Shown here: one piece after another, positions 1 to 9,178 of the stretch | Layout of the letters: each line of letters begins with the position of its first letter | Numbering within the stretch: position 1 is the stretch's first letter | Assembly: GCA_045106895.1 (NCBI GenBank) | Contig: JBGCFM010000043.1 | Location: 1-49,555 of the forward strand | Direction: 5' to 3' | Length of the DNA: 49,555 nucleotides | Origin: Polyangiales bacterium | Lineage (GTDB): Bacteria; Myxococcota_A; Polyangia; Polyangiales; Houyiibacteriaceae | The notes under the pieces: model-generated | What the model saw: the letters and a program-made list of their open reading frames with translations, nothing else | Told to the model about the DNA's origin: nothing | The model's database searches: none | Position numbers and translations under genes: made by a program

Positions 1-200
1 CTGAACCCGGCGCTCCCAAGGATCACGATGGCCAAGAACGCCACGAGGCGCGCGAGGGAGACCTTGGAGCCTTTGGATTCGAGCGCCGCCGCTTCCGCGC
101 GAAATGCCTTCTCTCGCGCTTCATGCCCTGCGATGACCTCCAAGGCCGCGCTCGTCGGGTCTGCGGCGGTGGGCCGGCGTGGGCTCTCAGAGTCACTCAT
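1..200 (-). CDS. Partial CDS (N-terminus; runs off the window edge), membrane-anchored protein, possibly MutS-related (domain V) family
   Basis: My own translation from ATG at 200: MSDSESPRRPTAADPTSAALEVIAGHEAREKAFRAEAAALESKGSKVSLARLVAFLAIVILGSAGF. It is open to the edge and has a helical segment followed by a hydrophobic 'SLARLVAFL' stretch resembling membrane MutS-like proteins. Product is tentative. Confidence 0.55.
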   Translation of the reverse strand, partial: MSDSESPRRPTAADPTSAALEVIAGHEAREKAFRAEAAALESKGSKVSLARLVAFLAIVILGSAGF

Positions 201-311
201 GGCGCGTCTATACCCTGTTTTTTGCAAAATCGCCGGCCCTCAAGTGGTGCTTGTCGCGTGATCTTCGCTTTCCCCCTTCAATATTCGACAGCCGCGCACT
301 AGACCCCTCCC

Positions 312-1190
312 ATGCACACCACCGTTGTGACCGGCGCGAGCGCCGGCATTGGTTTCGAGACCGCCAAAGCACTCGCCATGCAGGGTCACCGGCTGCTCTT
401 GGTCGGGCGAAACCCCGAGCGCACGGTGGCCTCCAAAGATGCGATCATCGCCGACACCGGCAACGTCCACGTCGAGAGCTTTCTGTCGGACTTCTCGAGC
501 CTCGATAGTGTTCGTGCGCTCGCGCTCGCGCTGAAGGAAGCGGCGCCACGCATTGACACCCTCGTCAATAACGCCGGCCTTTGGCATCAGGAGCGGCGGG
601 TGTCGAAAGATGGCTTTGAAGATACCTATGCCGTCAACCACCTGGCGCCCTTTCTCCTCACGCACCTTCTCATGCCTTCGCTGGTTCACGGCGCACCGGT
701 GCGCATCGTGTTCGTCTCGTCGCGATTGCACGAAGAGACGGGCGCCTTCGATTTCGAAGACCTTTCCGTCGAAGCGAACTCGTACGTTGGACTCGATGTG
801 TACGCGCGCACCAAGCTGGCAAACGTGCTGACGGCAAATGAGTTCGCGCGGCGCCTCGCGAAGACACTGCCACAGATCACATCGAGCAGCGTGCACCCCG
901 GATCGGTTCAAACAAGCATCGTTCGTGACAACGCCTTGCTCAACGTGGGCATTAAGATCGCTGGCCCATTCTTGCGCACGGCGAAAGAGGGCGCCGCGAC
1001 GAGCATCTACGCCGCGACGCACCCGGCGCTTGAGCGAGTCACCGGCGCCTATTACTCGGACTCCAGGCAGATTCCACCGTCCCCTCACGCCCGAGACCGG
1101 AGCGCCGCGCGGCGACTCTGGGACCTCTCGCTTGAGCAGGTCGGACTCGCGGCGCGCGACGTCCATGAATCTGTTAGCGTGGCGACATGA
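312..1190 (+). CDS. SDR family oxidoreductase (retinol dehydrogenase-like)
   Basis: TGASAGIG Rossmann motif, NNAG, VNHLAPFLLT, catalytic YARTK, VHPG. Confidence 0.93.
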   Translation: MHTTVVTGASAGIGFETAKALAMQGHRLLLVGRNPERTVASKDAIIADTGNVHVESFLSDFSSLDSVRALALALKEAAPRIDTLVNNAGLWHQERRVSKDGFEDTYAVNHLAPFLLTHLLMPSLVHGAPVRIVFVSSRLHEETGAFDFEDLSVEANSYVGLDVYARTKLANVLTANEFARRLAKTLPQITSSSVHPGSVQTSIVRDNALLNVGIKIAGPFLRTAKEGAATSIYAATHPALERVTGAYYSDSRQIPPSPHARDRSAARRLWDLSLEQVGLAARDVHESVSVAT

Positions 1191-1669
1191 GCGAAACGTC
1201 CATCGACAACGATGCATTCAAACGAGCACTTCGCCACTGGGCGAGCGGGGTCACCGTCGTGACGGCTGCCGCCGACGGAGAAGTCCACGGGATGACCGTG
1301 TCCGCGTTTTCGAGTGTCTCCGCCGACCCGCCTTTGGTGCTCGTCTGTGCCAACCGTTCGTCGAGGACGAATGAAGTGATTCGCGCTGGCGGCGCCTTCG
1401 CCGTCAATATTCTAGAAGCGGCTCAGTCCGACATCAGCACCCGCTTCGCGATGGCCACCGCGGAGACGCGTTTCGAAGAGACCGATTGGTCTCCTGGAGA
1501 GTCAGGGCTCCCGCTCATCAAGGGTGCCCTCGCGCACATGGAGTGCGAGGTTCAGTCGAGCCATGAGGCGGGCAGCCATACCATTTTCATTGGACTCGTC
1601 CGCCAGTGCACGGTCTTCAGCGGTAAGCCGCTCTGTTACTACAACGGCGGGTACGCCTCCCTCGAGTAG
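1187..1669 (+). CDS. Flavin reductase family protein
   Basis: FKRALRHWASGVTVVT, GMTVSAFSSVSADPPLVLVC, AGSHTIFIG. ATGA overlap with the SDR stop. Confidence 0.93.
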   Translation: MSETSIDNDAFKRALRHWASGVTVVTAAADGEVHGMTVSAFSSVSADPPLVLVCANRSSRTNEVIRAGGAFAVNILEAAQSDISTRFAMATAETRFEETDWSPGESGLPLIKGALAHMECEVQSSHEAGSHTIFIGLVRQCTVFSGKPLCYYNGGYASLE

Positions 1670-1707
1670 CGATGTCCCAGCGGGCGCCCGAAGTGGTAGG
1701 CTCGCGC

Positions 1708-2886
1708 ATGCGCGTACTCACTTCTTTGCTTCTGCTGTCAGTGATCGCGTGCGGCGACGATGACACAAGCGATGCCGCCATCCCCGAATCTGATGTTGGC
1801 ACCCAGAGCGACACGGGCGCCGTCGACGCGCCCACGCAAGAGGATGCTTCCGCCGCCGACGTCTTGTCACCGGATGTGTCAGTCCCCACCGACGTAGGCA
1901 TCGATGCCTCAACGCCGCTTCCCGGTGTCCTCTACGTCAGCGTGGGCGGCAGCTCACGTTTGGCCGTGGTGGACGTCGCGAGTGATGGAACGATGAGCGA
2001 GCGCGAAGGCGCGCGACTTGAGCTGCCGCGTGGGCCCGGTGCGATGGCCTTCGATGCGTCACGCCGTCGTTTCTTCGTCGGCGCTGGCTCCGCTGTTCTT
2101 AGCGTGGACCTCGACGAAGACGGCGTGCCTTCGCTCCAAGGGATGACGATGCTCCCAGCGCAGCCTGTCTATCTCTCAGTCGCCGGCGACTCTCTCGTGA
2201 GCGCGTACTTTGGCGCGGATCTCCTGCTCACTCATGATGTGTCAGGCGCTGCCCCCTACGCGGAGACGGATTCCCTCGACGTACCCGATGAGCCCCACGC
2301 GGCACGAGCCGTCGGCCAGCGCGTCTACGTGCCCCATCGCAGCGCCGGGCGCGTCTCCTGGGTCGACGTCCAGGCCGACGGTCGCTTCGGGGAACTCGAC
2401 GGAGTGGACAGCGAAGGCGGCGTCGGTCCACGCCACATCGCCTTCCATCCTGGCGGCATGTACGCGTATATCGTGAACGAGTTCGCGGACACCGTGAGCG
2501 CATATCGCGTCGAGGCAGGAGCCCTCGTCCCCTTCGGCGAAGCTGCGACCACACTTCCGAGTGGGTTCGACGGCGATGACAACACAGGAGCCGATATTCA
2601 TGTGCATCCAAGCGGCGACTTCCTCTACACAAGCAACCGCGGGCACGACTCCATCGCCATTTTGGACATCGCGGACGACGGCAGCGTAAGCCACCGCACC
2701 ACCGTACCGACGGAAGCGAGGCCCCGCGAGTTTGAACTGAGCGAAGCGGGCCACCTCTTGTTCGGCCTCGGCCAAGATACAGGGGCCGTTCAGAGCTACG
2801 TGGTGGGCCCCGATGGCTCTTTGACTCCCGCCGAGCGCCTGGTTCTCGGAGAAGATCTGCGTTGGGGGATCTTTCTCTCGGAGTGA
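1708..2886 (+). CDS. Lactonase family (6-phosphogluconolactonase-like beta-propeller) lipoprotein
   Basis: GPRHIAFHP, ADIHVHPSGDFLYTSNRGHDSI, PREF. Lipobox VIAC followed by GDDD and an acidic linker. Start chosen at ATG 1708 because of the signal peptide and an upstream -10. Confidence 0.88.
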   Translation: MRVLTSLLLLSVIACGDDDTSDAAIPESDVGTQSDTGAVDAPTQEDASAADVLSPDVSVPTDVGIDASTPLPGVLYVSVGGSSRLAVVDVASDGTMSEREGARLELPRGPGAMAFDASRRRFFVGAGSAVLSVDLDEDGVPSLQGMTMLPAQPVYLSVAGDSLVSAYFGADLLLTHDVSGAAPYAETDSLDVPDEPHAARAVGQRVYVPHRSAGRVSWVDVQADGRFGELDGVDSEGGVGPRHIAFHPGGMYAYIVNEFADTVSAYRVEAGALVPFGEAATTLPSGFDGDDNTGADIHVHPSGDFLYTSNRGHDSIAILDIADDGSVSHRTTVPTEARPREFELSEAGHLLFGLGQDTGAVQSYVVGPDGSLTPAERLVLGEDLRWGIFLSE

Positions 2887-2932
2887 GCGTTCGCGTTTGA
2901 CAGACCCGCTCAAGGAGGCCAACGAAGGACCT

Positions 2933-3673
2933 ATGAGCCGTGAAGAAGAGAGCACTGGCAAGGAACGGCGAGCCGCGCGTCGCCTCAACACCCGTCGCCG
3001 AATCCTTGACACGGCGATGGACATCCTCGTCCGCGAAGGACACGAGGGATTCACCATTGTTCGACTCGCGTCGGAGCTCGACTACGCGGTGGGAGCTCTC
3101 TATCGGTACTTCAAGGGGAAGGACGCGATCATCGCGGCACTCCAGTATCGCATCGTCACGAGCATCGAGGCCGATGTCATGGCGACGTTTCGTGCGTTGC
3201 CAGAGCGGACGAGGCAGCACGCCCTCGCGCGTGTGTTTGCTGCGGGCCTCGTCTATGAGTCGCTCACGCGGCGTCGGCCGATGGAGCACCATGTTCTCTC
3301 GCTCTCCTTGGGCGACCCACGCCCGCAGCTTGAGCAAGCCGAAGCGGAGAGCGTCCTGCCCGCCCTTGGATCGCTGCTCGGGCACCTCGGGGAAGTCATC
3401 GCTGACGCGACTGAGATGGGCGCCTTGGGGGCCGGCGACGCGTCCCAGCGCGCTCTCGTGATCTGGGGAAGCACCTACGGGATGATGGCGCTTCGAAAGC
3501 TCGAGCGTGTGAGGGCTGATATCGTGGACAGCAGGCACACCGAGGAGCTCCACATGGCGCTCATCGTTGGATGGGGCGGCGTCGCCGCGGAAGCGAAGGC
3601 TGCGTTCGCGGAGGCGGCGACGACGGCTGAGCGTGTCTTGAGCGAGCCGCGGGAGATCCCCAGCAGCGATTAA
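2933..3673 (+). CDS. TetR/AcrR family transcriptional regulator
   Basis: RRRILDTAMDILVREGHEGFTIVRLASELDYAVGALYRYFKGKDAI is a TetR HTH. Confidence 0.9.
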   Translation: MSREEESTGKERRAARRLNTRRRILDTAMDILVREGHEGFTIVRLASELDYAVGALYRYFKGKDAIIAALQYRIVTSIEADVMATFRALPERTRQHALARVFAAGLVYESLTRRRPMEHHVLSLSLGDPRPQLEQAEAESVLPALGSLLGHLGEVIADATEMGALGAGDASQRALVIWGSTYGMMALRKLERVRADIVDSRHTEELHMALIVGWGGVAAEAKAAFAEAATTAERVLSEPREIPSSD

Positions 3674-3680
3674 CGTGCGT

Positions 3681-4250
3681 TCAGGCGCGTGCGAAGCGAG
3701 CGGCGCCGAGCCAGCGTCGCGATAGGTTCAGCGCAGCGCACAACCCCTCGCTCCAGCGTTGCTCGAAGGGAACGTCGAACACGAGGGCGGGATTGACGTC
3801 CAAGCGAAGCCACAGCCCTGCGGCGATCTCGGCGTCGAGTTCGGCCCCCTCCCACGTCGTGTGCCCCCGACAAAGAAGACGTCGCGACGCCGGCCGGCGC
3901 TGCAGGATTTCCGCGGCCGCTTCCGGAGATGCGGTCACGTGGAGAGAGGGAGCGAGCAAACAGCTGTCTTCCGGCTGACCCTCATCCGGGCCGTCGAAGA
4001 AGAGCCACGCGGAGTCGTCGCGCACCGGGCCGCCGCGGGCGACGCTGTCATCGATCCGGAGCGTTCGTGGGTCGATGTCGACGCCAACGGCGAGAAGGGC
4101 TTCACTCATGGTCAAGTGTGGCACCGCTCGGTTCACCACAAAGCCAAGGGAACCTTCGTCGCCATGTACGGCCACGAGCATCATCGTTTCCTGCACGTGC
4201 ACCGGAGCGTCCGGTGTCGCGATGAGGAGGAACGCTTCATGCTCGTTCAT
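3681..4250 (-). CDS. YqgE/AlgH family protein (divergent)
   Basis: LLIATP, HGDEGSLGFVVNR, GGPV, W...LDAEIAAGLW, LVFDVPFEQRW. Confidence 0.8.
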   Translation of the reverse strand: MNEHEAFLLIATPDAPVHVQETMMLVAVHGDEGSLGFVVNRAVPHLTMSEALLAVGVDIDPRTLRIDDSVARGGPVRDDSAWLFFDGPDEGQPEDSCLLAPSLHVTASPEAAAEILQRRPASRRLLCRGHTTWEGAELDAEIAAGLWLRLDVNPALVFDVPFEQRWSEGLCAALNLSRRWLGAARFARA

Positions 4251-4343
4251 GCGTTCATTTTGCCACGGCAAAAGCGGGTTGGCGATGTGCACGTGGGCGA
4301 CCCGGCTTTTCTCGCCCGTTTCCCGTGCGATCTATGGCGAGTT

Positions 4344-5579
4344 CTAGGAGCCTGGAAGCGGAATCGTGCTTTTTCGCGACGGGTCGACATCCGAAAGGCG
4401 ATCGAGAAGATCCGCGAGGGCCGACGCAGGACCCATTCGCCATTCGCCATTCCACATCGCGACGGAATGCACGAAGGGGTCGCCGAGGGCGAGCTGAACC
4501 TCAAGGGTGGGTCGGGGTTCATCAGGCAACCCCACAGCTCGCAATGGACGCATAAGCCAGACGGCTGCGTATCGAAGCGCCTCTCCGACCATGTCCATCT
4601 GCATGGAGGTGAGAGAGTATCGCTGCGTACGAGCGACCGTTTGACCCGGCAGCCGGATGGTCACGATGCGCTCGCCGCTGCCGAGCAGCTGGAGCCGACG
4701 GGTCCCGTGCACGGGCGAGTCCGTCGCCGTCCATGAGAGGAGGAAGTTGCCTCGTGAGTCAGGCTGTTTGATGACGCGGTCGAGAGTGTCGACGAAGGGG
4801 AGGGAGCTCTGCTGCGGCGCTTCTCCTGCGCGATGTCGCAACCAGTCTTCGGCAAACGCAAGTGCGGGTTCGGCATGGGGCAGCTCCGCACGTGCTTGTA
4901 CGATAGCGGGCACCGCCTGTTCTTTGAGCAGCGATAGCGCATCGAGGGCACGCCACCCCAGAGATGCTTCTGTGCCGCTGGAGAGGATACGAGCGACGCG
5001 ACGCGCCGCGAAAATAGCGCCGCCCTTCGGGTACTGACGCAGGACGCCGGCGACGTCGCCTCGGCCACCCAGCAACGCGGCGTCGAGTGCGGCCTCCGCG
5101 CTTTCGTCGATGCCAGCGTCGCGAAGAGAGCGCGCGCTCGTCACCAGAAGATCGACGATGCTGGCCTCCGGGGCTTGCCCGCTTGGAAGCCACGGACGCG
5201 CGCGACCGCCTGCGCGGACCGCGTCGTAGGCGAAGGTGATCGGCCAACGTCCGGCTCCACGCCGATCGAAAGCGAAGGAGAGGTCGAGGGTCGTCGAACA
5301 GCTCTGCCCCGGCCTGATCGAGACGAAGGCCTCGCGTGGATGGAGGACATTTACGTCGCCGAAGGACACACGTATGTATGGACGGGCGACCTTGGGTGGC
5401 GACACTCGCAGAGAACGCGGGTAGTCCGGGCGGAAGCCAAAGACTTCGATCTCGTCCCCCGAGCCGTTTTCACAGACGAGCTCCAGGTGAACGGTTCCGC
5501 CCGCCTCCATCTCTCCTTGAGGCGTACGCAATCCAAATCGCACGCCGCCGTCTTCTGGGCCCCAGGTAATCATTTGCAC
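4344..5579 (-). CDS. Hypothetical protein (N-terminal Ig-like beta domain, helical middle region)
   Basis: 411-aa ORF with normal composition that fills the gap between genes. WGPEDGGVRFGL N-terminus; no family recognised. Confidence 0.75.
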   Translation of the reverse strand: MQMITWGPEDGGVRFGLRTPQGEMEAGGTVHLELVCENGSGDEIEVFGFRPDYPRSLRVSPPKVARPYIRVSFGDVNVLHPREAFVSIRPGQSCSTTLDLSFAFDRRGAGRWPITFAYDAVRAGGRARPWLPSGQAPEASIVDLLVTSARSLRDAGIDESAEAALDAALLGGRGDVAGVLRQYPKGGAIFAARRVARILSSGTEASLGWRALDALSLLKEQAVPAIVQARAELPHAEPALAFAEDWLRHRAGEAPQQSSLPFVDTLDRVIKQPDSRGNFLLSWTATDSPVHGTRRLQLLGSGERIVTIRLPGQTVARTQRYSLTSMQMDMVGEALRYAAVWLMRPLRAVGLPDEPRPTLEVQLALGDPFVHSVAMWNGEWRMGPASALADLLDRLSDVDPSRKSTIPLPGS

Positions 5580-5715
5580 GCTGACTCTAACGATTCCCGA
5601 ACCACACAGCTAGCTTCTCCTTGGCTGAGCGTCATTAGTTCGTAACCTTTCGTATTCGCTTGGGTTATCAGAGTTCCTATTGACCTGGGGACCCCCAGAG
5701 ACGCAGACTTCTGCC

Positions 5716-6702
5716 ATGCGTTGGATCTTTTGCGTGGCCTTGCTCTCATTGGGCTGCCGAGCTTCCTTGGGTGAGTGCAACGACCTCGAGCTTCCGATCG
5801 TGTTTCAAACGGATGCAGCGGGCGCTGTACCTATGTACGCGGGTCAGGCGCTCATGGTTCAAAGTTGTGGGGCAGGAGACAGCATTTGTCATTCTGCGAA
5901 CGCCACCGGTCCAGGTCGACGCGCGGTGCCCATCGGTTTTGACTTCGATGTGCGTCCCCTCGATCGCACCGTCTGTGGGGAAAATACCAACACGGCGGAT
6001 TGCCTCGAGGAGCAGGCGCGCTTGCGAACGGCTGTGCAGATCGCTTTCGACTACCGCGTGTTGTCTTGGAACGAAGTCGCTCAGGAACGAATGCCCCCAG
6101 GCGGCGCCGAGCCCGTTGACCCCGGCGCGGCCCGATACTTCTCGCGCATCGCGAACAACGAGGGCGTGCCCGGCGAAGAACTCGCGGGACTGGACACCGA
6201 GGAGGGCAAGGAGCTCTTCCGAAACTGGGTGGCGTGCGGAATGCCTGTCGTCGGGCAGCAAGGTGCGCCTTCCTCGACGACGACGCCCGGGGACAACTGT
6301 GACCCTACCGGCGAGAATGAGGGTGCGTACGGTCAGTGCCGTGTTGCCGGCGCGCCGCCCATGCCGCCGGACCCCAACTGGAACTCTATCTACTCGTATC
6401 TTCGACGTGACTGCGCGAGCTCCATTTGCCACGGAGGTGACGCCGAACCGATCATGGGCGAAGACGCCATGGTGGCCTACGACCTCATCGTTGGAGGCCC
6501 ATCGTCTGACGATCAGGCATGTGGCGACAGAACCCTCATCGTTCCAAACGATGTCAACGCGTCGCTGCTCTACGAGAAGCTTGCCGCGTCCGAAGAATTT
6601 CCGCCTAGCTGCGGCGATGAGATGCCGAGAGGCGCGCCTGCGCCCCCCGACTCCTTCCTCGCGCCCATCCGTGAGTGGATCAACGCTGGCGCGAACCCCT
6701 GA
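5716..6702 (+). CDS. Lipoprotein with two putative c-type cytochrome (planctomycete cytochrome c-like) domains
   Basis: Lipobox SLGC. Domain 1: CGAGDSICH ... RMPP ... NWVACG. Domain 2: CASSICH ... SLLYEKL ... EMPR ... IREWINAGA. Confidence 0.7.
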   Translation: MRWIFCVALLSLGCRASLGECNDLELPIVFQTDAAGAVPMYAGQALMVQSCGAGDSICHSANATGPGRRAVPIGFDFDVRPLDRTVCGENTNTADCLEEQARLRTAVQIAFDYRVLSWNEVAQERMPPGGAEPVDPGAARYFSRIANNEGVPGEELAGLDTEEGKELFRNWVACGMPVVGQQGAPSSTTTPGDNCDPTGENEGAYGQCRVAGAPPMPPDPNWNSIYSYLRRDCASSICHGGDAEPIMGEDAMVAYDLIVGGPSSDDQACGDRTLIVPNDVNASLLYEKLAASEEFPPSCGDEMPRGAPAPPDSFLAPIREWINAGANP

Positions 6703-6713
6703 GCACTCCGTCG

Positions 6714-7421
6714 ATGGGCAAAGGTCTCTTCGAGGTCGGAACGCTCCTCGACGCGGCTACGGGGTCACGCTTGATTTCCGTCGGCGTGGACCCGGCGCAG
6801 GCCGCCCTCGATGGCGCCGAACAGCTACACGCTCTTCATGATGCCGACCGCAGCGCCGGCGCCGAGTGGCTCACGGCGGCGACTTTCTCGGCGACGAAGC
6901 CCGAAGCGCTCCGCGAAGCGACGCTCGTAGCGTGCGCATTCGACCTGCCCGTGATGGCGAGCCTCGGACCCTTTGGCGCGCCTTCCGAGATCCGTGGGCG
7001 CGCCGAGCTGTGCTTGAAGCATGGCGCGCAGCTCATTGCGCTGGAGACGTTTGTGGATGACGACGAGCTCTGCGAAGCGCTCCGCGCGCTTCAGGGCCTG
7101 CCAACGCTGGCGTCGTTTTGCCCACTCGGCGACACGCCTCACCACGCGGAGCGTTTTCTCGAGGCCGGCGCGCTCTGCGTAGGCGTCAACTGCGGAGATG
7201 ATCTGCATCGCCTCGTGGATGCAGCCATCGCGCTGCTTCCTCTCGGGGCGAACGTAATGATGCGGCCCAGCGCGGGCGTACCCAACGAAGACCGAGAGCA
7301 CCCTGTGACGCCGGCTGATTTCGCGGAGGCCCTAAAGCGTGGGTGGAATGCGGGCGTGCACGCCGCGGGCGGTTGTTGCGGCGTGGGCGCTGAGCATCTC
7401 GTCGCTGCTCGTCACGTCTGA
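6714..7421 (+). CDS. Homocysteine S-methyltransferase family protein (short, stand-alone)
   Basis: LLDAATGS (cf. LLDGAMGT), IALETF, zinc ligands GVNC and GGCCG, PSAG. Confidence 0.8.
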   Translation: MGKGLFEVGTLLDAATGSRLISVGVDPAQAALDGAEQLHALHDADRSAGAEWLTAATFSATKPEALREATLVACAFDLPVMASLGPFGAPSEIRGRAELCLKHGAQLIALETFVDDDELCEALRALQGLPTLASFCPLGDTPHHAERFLEAGALCVGVNCGDDLHRLVDAAIALLPLGANVMMRPSAGVPNEDREHPVTPADFAEALKRGWNAGVHAAGGCCGVGAEHLVAARHV

Positions 7422-7428
7422 ACGAGGC

Positions 7429-8247
7429 TTAGAGCCTTTCGATGGTCACGCCCGGAGGCGCCTGCTGCCGGAATACTTCCGCCGGCGGCGCTTCCGTTTC
7501 GATGGTCAGCTCCTTCATGCGTATCAACGTGTCCGCGCCGTTACGTGGATCTTCGAAACGAACGACGAAGGGAAGGGCAACGCCGCGGCCTTCGGCGTCT
7601 CCCGGGTCACGCACCACTTGATAGTCTTCGAACTGCGCGCGCCACATCGTGTTGCCTTCCGCGTCGAAGAGCTCCGAACGCACGAGGCGTAAGTGCTGAT
7701 CCGCGGGAGCCGCTGTCTCATCCACGTCACGCGCCATGAGGATGATCTCCTGCCGTCGTCCGTCTTCGCCGAGCATCTCGATTCGGTAGCCCTCGTCGCC
7801 ACACGCCATCGTCGGCTCCGCGCCCGGAAGCCGCGGTGAGTCGCCGAGGAGGAAGCGCGCGACCTCTTCCCCGCTGAGCGCGACGTCGAGGAGGCGCGCG
7901 ATGTTCTCTGGGGACGCAGGGCCTTCGAGGAATCGATTCTCGCGCATGTCGAGGAGTTGGAAGTCCTCACCGTCGCTCGTGAGCACCGCGGCAGGACCAA
8001 ACTGCGTCATCGCCTCGAGGCGAATTCGGTCTGGGCGCTCAAGCGATAGCAGAACGGTGCCGCGTACTCGGCCCTGCTCACCGCGCTGATCCACGCGAGC
8101 CACGCCGCGCACCGTTCGAATGGTGCGCCGCAGGCTGCGGTGCATTCGAAGCGCTTGGTCCGCATCCGTGAGGGGCATCGTCGGGCAGCCGGGGCGTGGG
8201 CAGCCGGAGCAGACAACAATCAAGAGCGCCAAGGCTCCAAAACGCAC
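7429..8247 (-). CDS. Outer-membrane lipoprotein, LolB-like/DUF4292-like fold
   Basis: Lipobox VCSGC after GTG 8247 (alternative ATG at 8295). ERPDRIRLEAMTQFG and C-terminal PPAEVF are typical of LolA/LolB-superfamily proteins. Confidence 0.65.
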   Translation of the reverse strand: MRFGALALLIVVCSGCPRPGCPTMPLTDADQALRMHRSLRRTIRTVRGVARVDQRGEQGRVRGTVLLSLERPDRIRLEAMTQFGPAAVLTSDGEDFQLLDMRENRFLEGPASPENIARLLDVALSGEEVARFLLGDSPRLPGAEPTMACGDEGYRIEMLGEDGRRQEIILMARDVDETAAPADQHLRLVRSELFDAEGNTMWRAQFEDYQVVRDPGDAEGRGVALPFVVRFEDPRNGADTLIRMKELTIETEAPPAEVFRQQAPPGVTIERL

Positions 8248-8370
8248 GGTCCAGATTTGCCCGGTCGAGCGCCGAAAAGAGAACAATGCGGCCATAGCGG
8301 TGGAGCCTACACCTCCCGCTCGCGAAACGCCGCTCGCGATTCCCGTCGCATGCTGGTAGATACCTCACCT

Positions 8371-9039
8371 ATGGAGTTGTCTGACGAGACCCTAGCTAAG
8401 CTGCTCCAACGCTTTGGAAGCAGCGTCGCCGCCGGAGAGACGATCTACGCCGAGGGCGATGCCGCCGACCACCTGTACATCGTCCACTCGGGCCGTGTGC
8501 GGAGCGTACGGCGGTACCGCGCATCCGAGCGCAGTCTCACGGTCCTGCGTGACGGGGACCTCTTTGGCGAAGAGGCGTTCCTCGGACCGGGGGTCCACCG
8601 GACCGCCGCCGCCGTCGCCCTCACCGACGTAGAGCTGATCGGCATGGACCGCGACACCTTCGCGGAATGGCTCGAGAGCGAGCCAACTCTCGCGCGCCAG
8701 ACCGTGGCCCTGCTCGTTCGCCGGGTCCGTGACCTCGATGAACAGCTTGAGAACACGCATTTAGAGGACCATAGCTCTCGTGTTGTAAATACGATGCTTC
8801 GGCTCGCTGCTCGCGTTCCTGCGCAGGCCCAGGGCCACACCCTGCAGCTCTCGCCACTGGAGCTCTCCTCTCGTGTGGGCCTGGACGTAGACGCCGTAAA
8901 GCGAGCTATCCAGCGTCTCCGAGATGGTGGATACGTTCGAATTCGAGACGAAAAAATCGTCCTCCCCGATCTTACGGCTCTTCGACATCTCTATGAGCTC
9001 CTCAGCGCGAAGGAAGAGATGCGACGAGGCGCTTTCTGA
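8371..9039 (+). CDS. Crp/Fnr family transcriptional regulator
   Basis: cNMP-binding domain (IYAEGDAADHLYIVHSGRV, GDLFGEEA...RTAAAVA) and a C-terminal HTH. Confidence 0.9.
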   Translation: MELSDETLAKLLQRFGSSVAAGETIYAEGDAADHLYIVHSGRVRSVRRYRASERSLTVLRDGDLFGEEAFLGPGVHRTAAAVALTDVELIGMDRDTFAEWLESEPTLARQTVALLVRRVRDLDEQLENTHLEDHSSRVVNTMLRLAARVPAQAQGHTLQLSPLELSSRVGLDVDAVKRAIQRLRDGGYVRIRDEKIVLPDLTALRHLYELLSAKEEMRRGAF

Positions 9040-9114
9040 ATAAATTCAAGCACTTGCTTCGTGTGTCGTCGATCGCATGACGATTGTCGGAATACCGACA
9101 GCGCGGTCATACGC

Positions 9115-9143
9115 TTGACCAGCACCCCAAAAACCCATAGATC
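9115..9143 (+). promoter_or_regulatory. Putative sigma70-type promoter for tgl-like/rodZ-like/recO
   Basis: TTGACC (9115-9120), 17-nt spacer, TAGATC (9138-9143). Confidence 0.45.
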
Positions 9144-9178
9144 CAGCGTCCTTCCTCGGACCCGCTATCGAAGGCCCT

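Noticed and set aside
3669..3685. ATTAACGTGCGTTCAGG, resembling the myxobacterial LexA box ending GTTCAG
   Set aside because: Partial match only, and it lies at the junction of two convergent stop codons rather than in a promoter.
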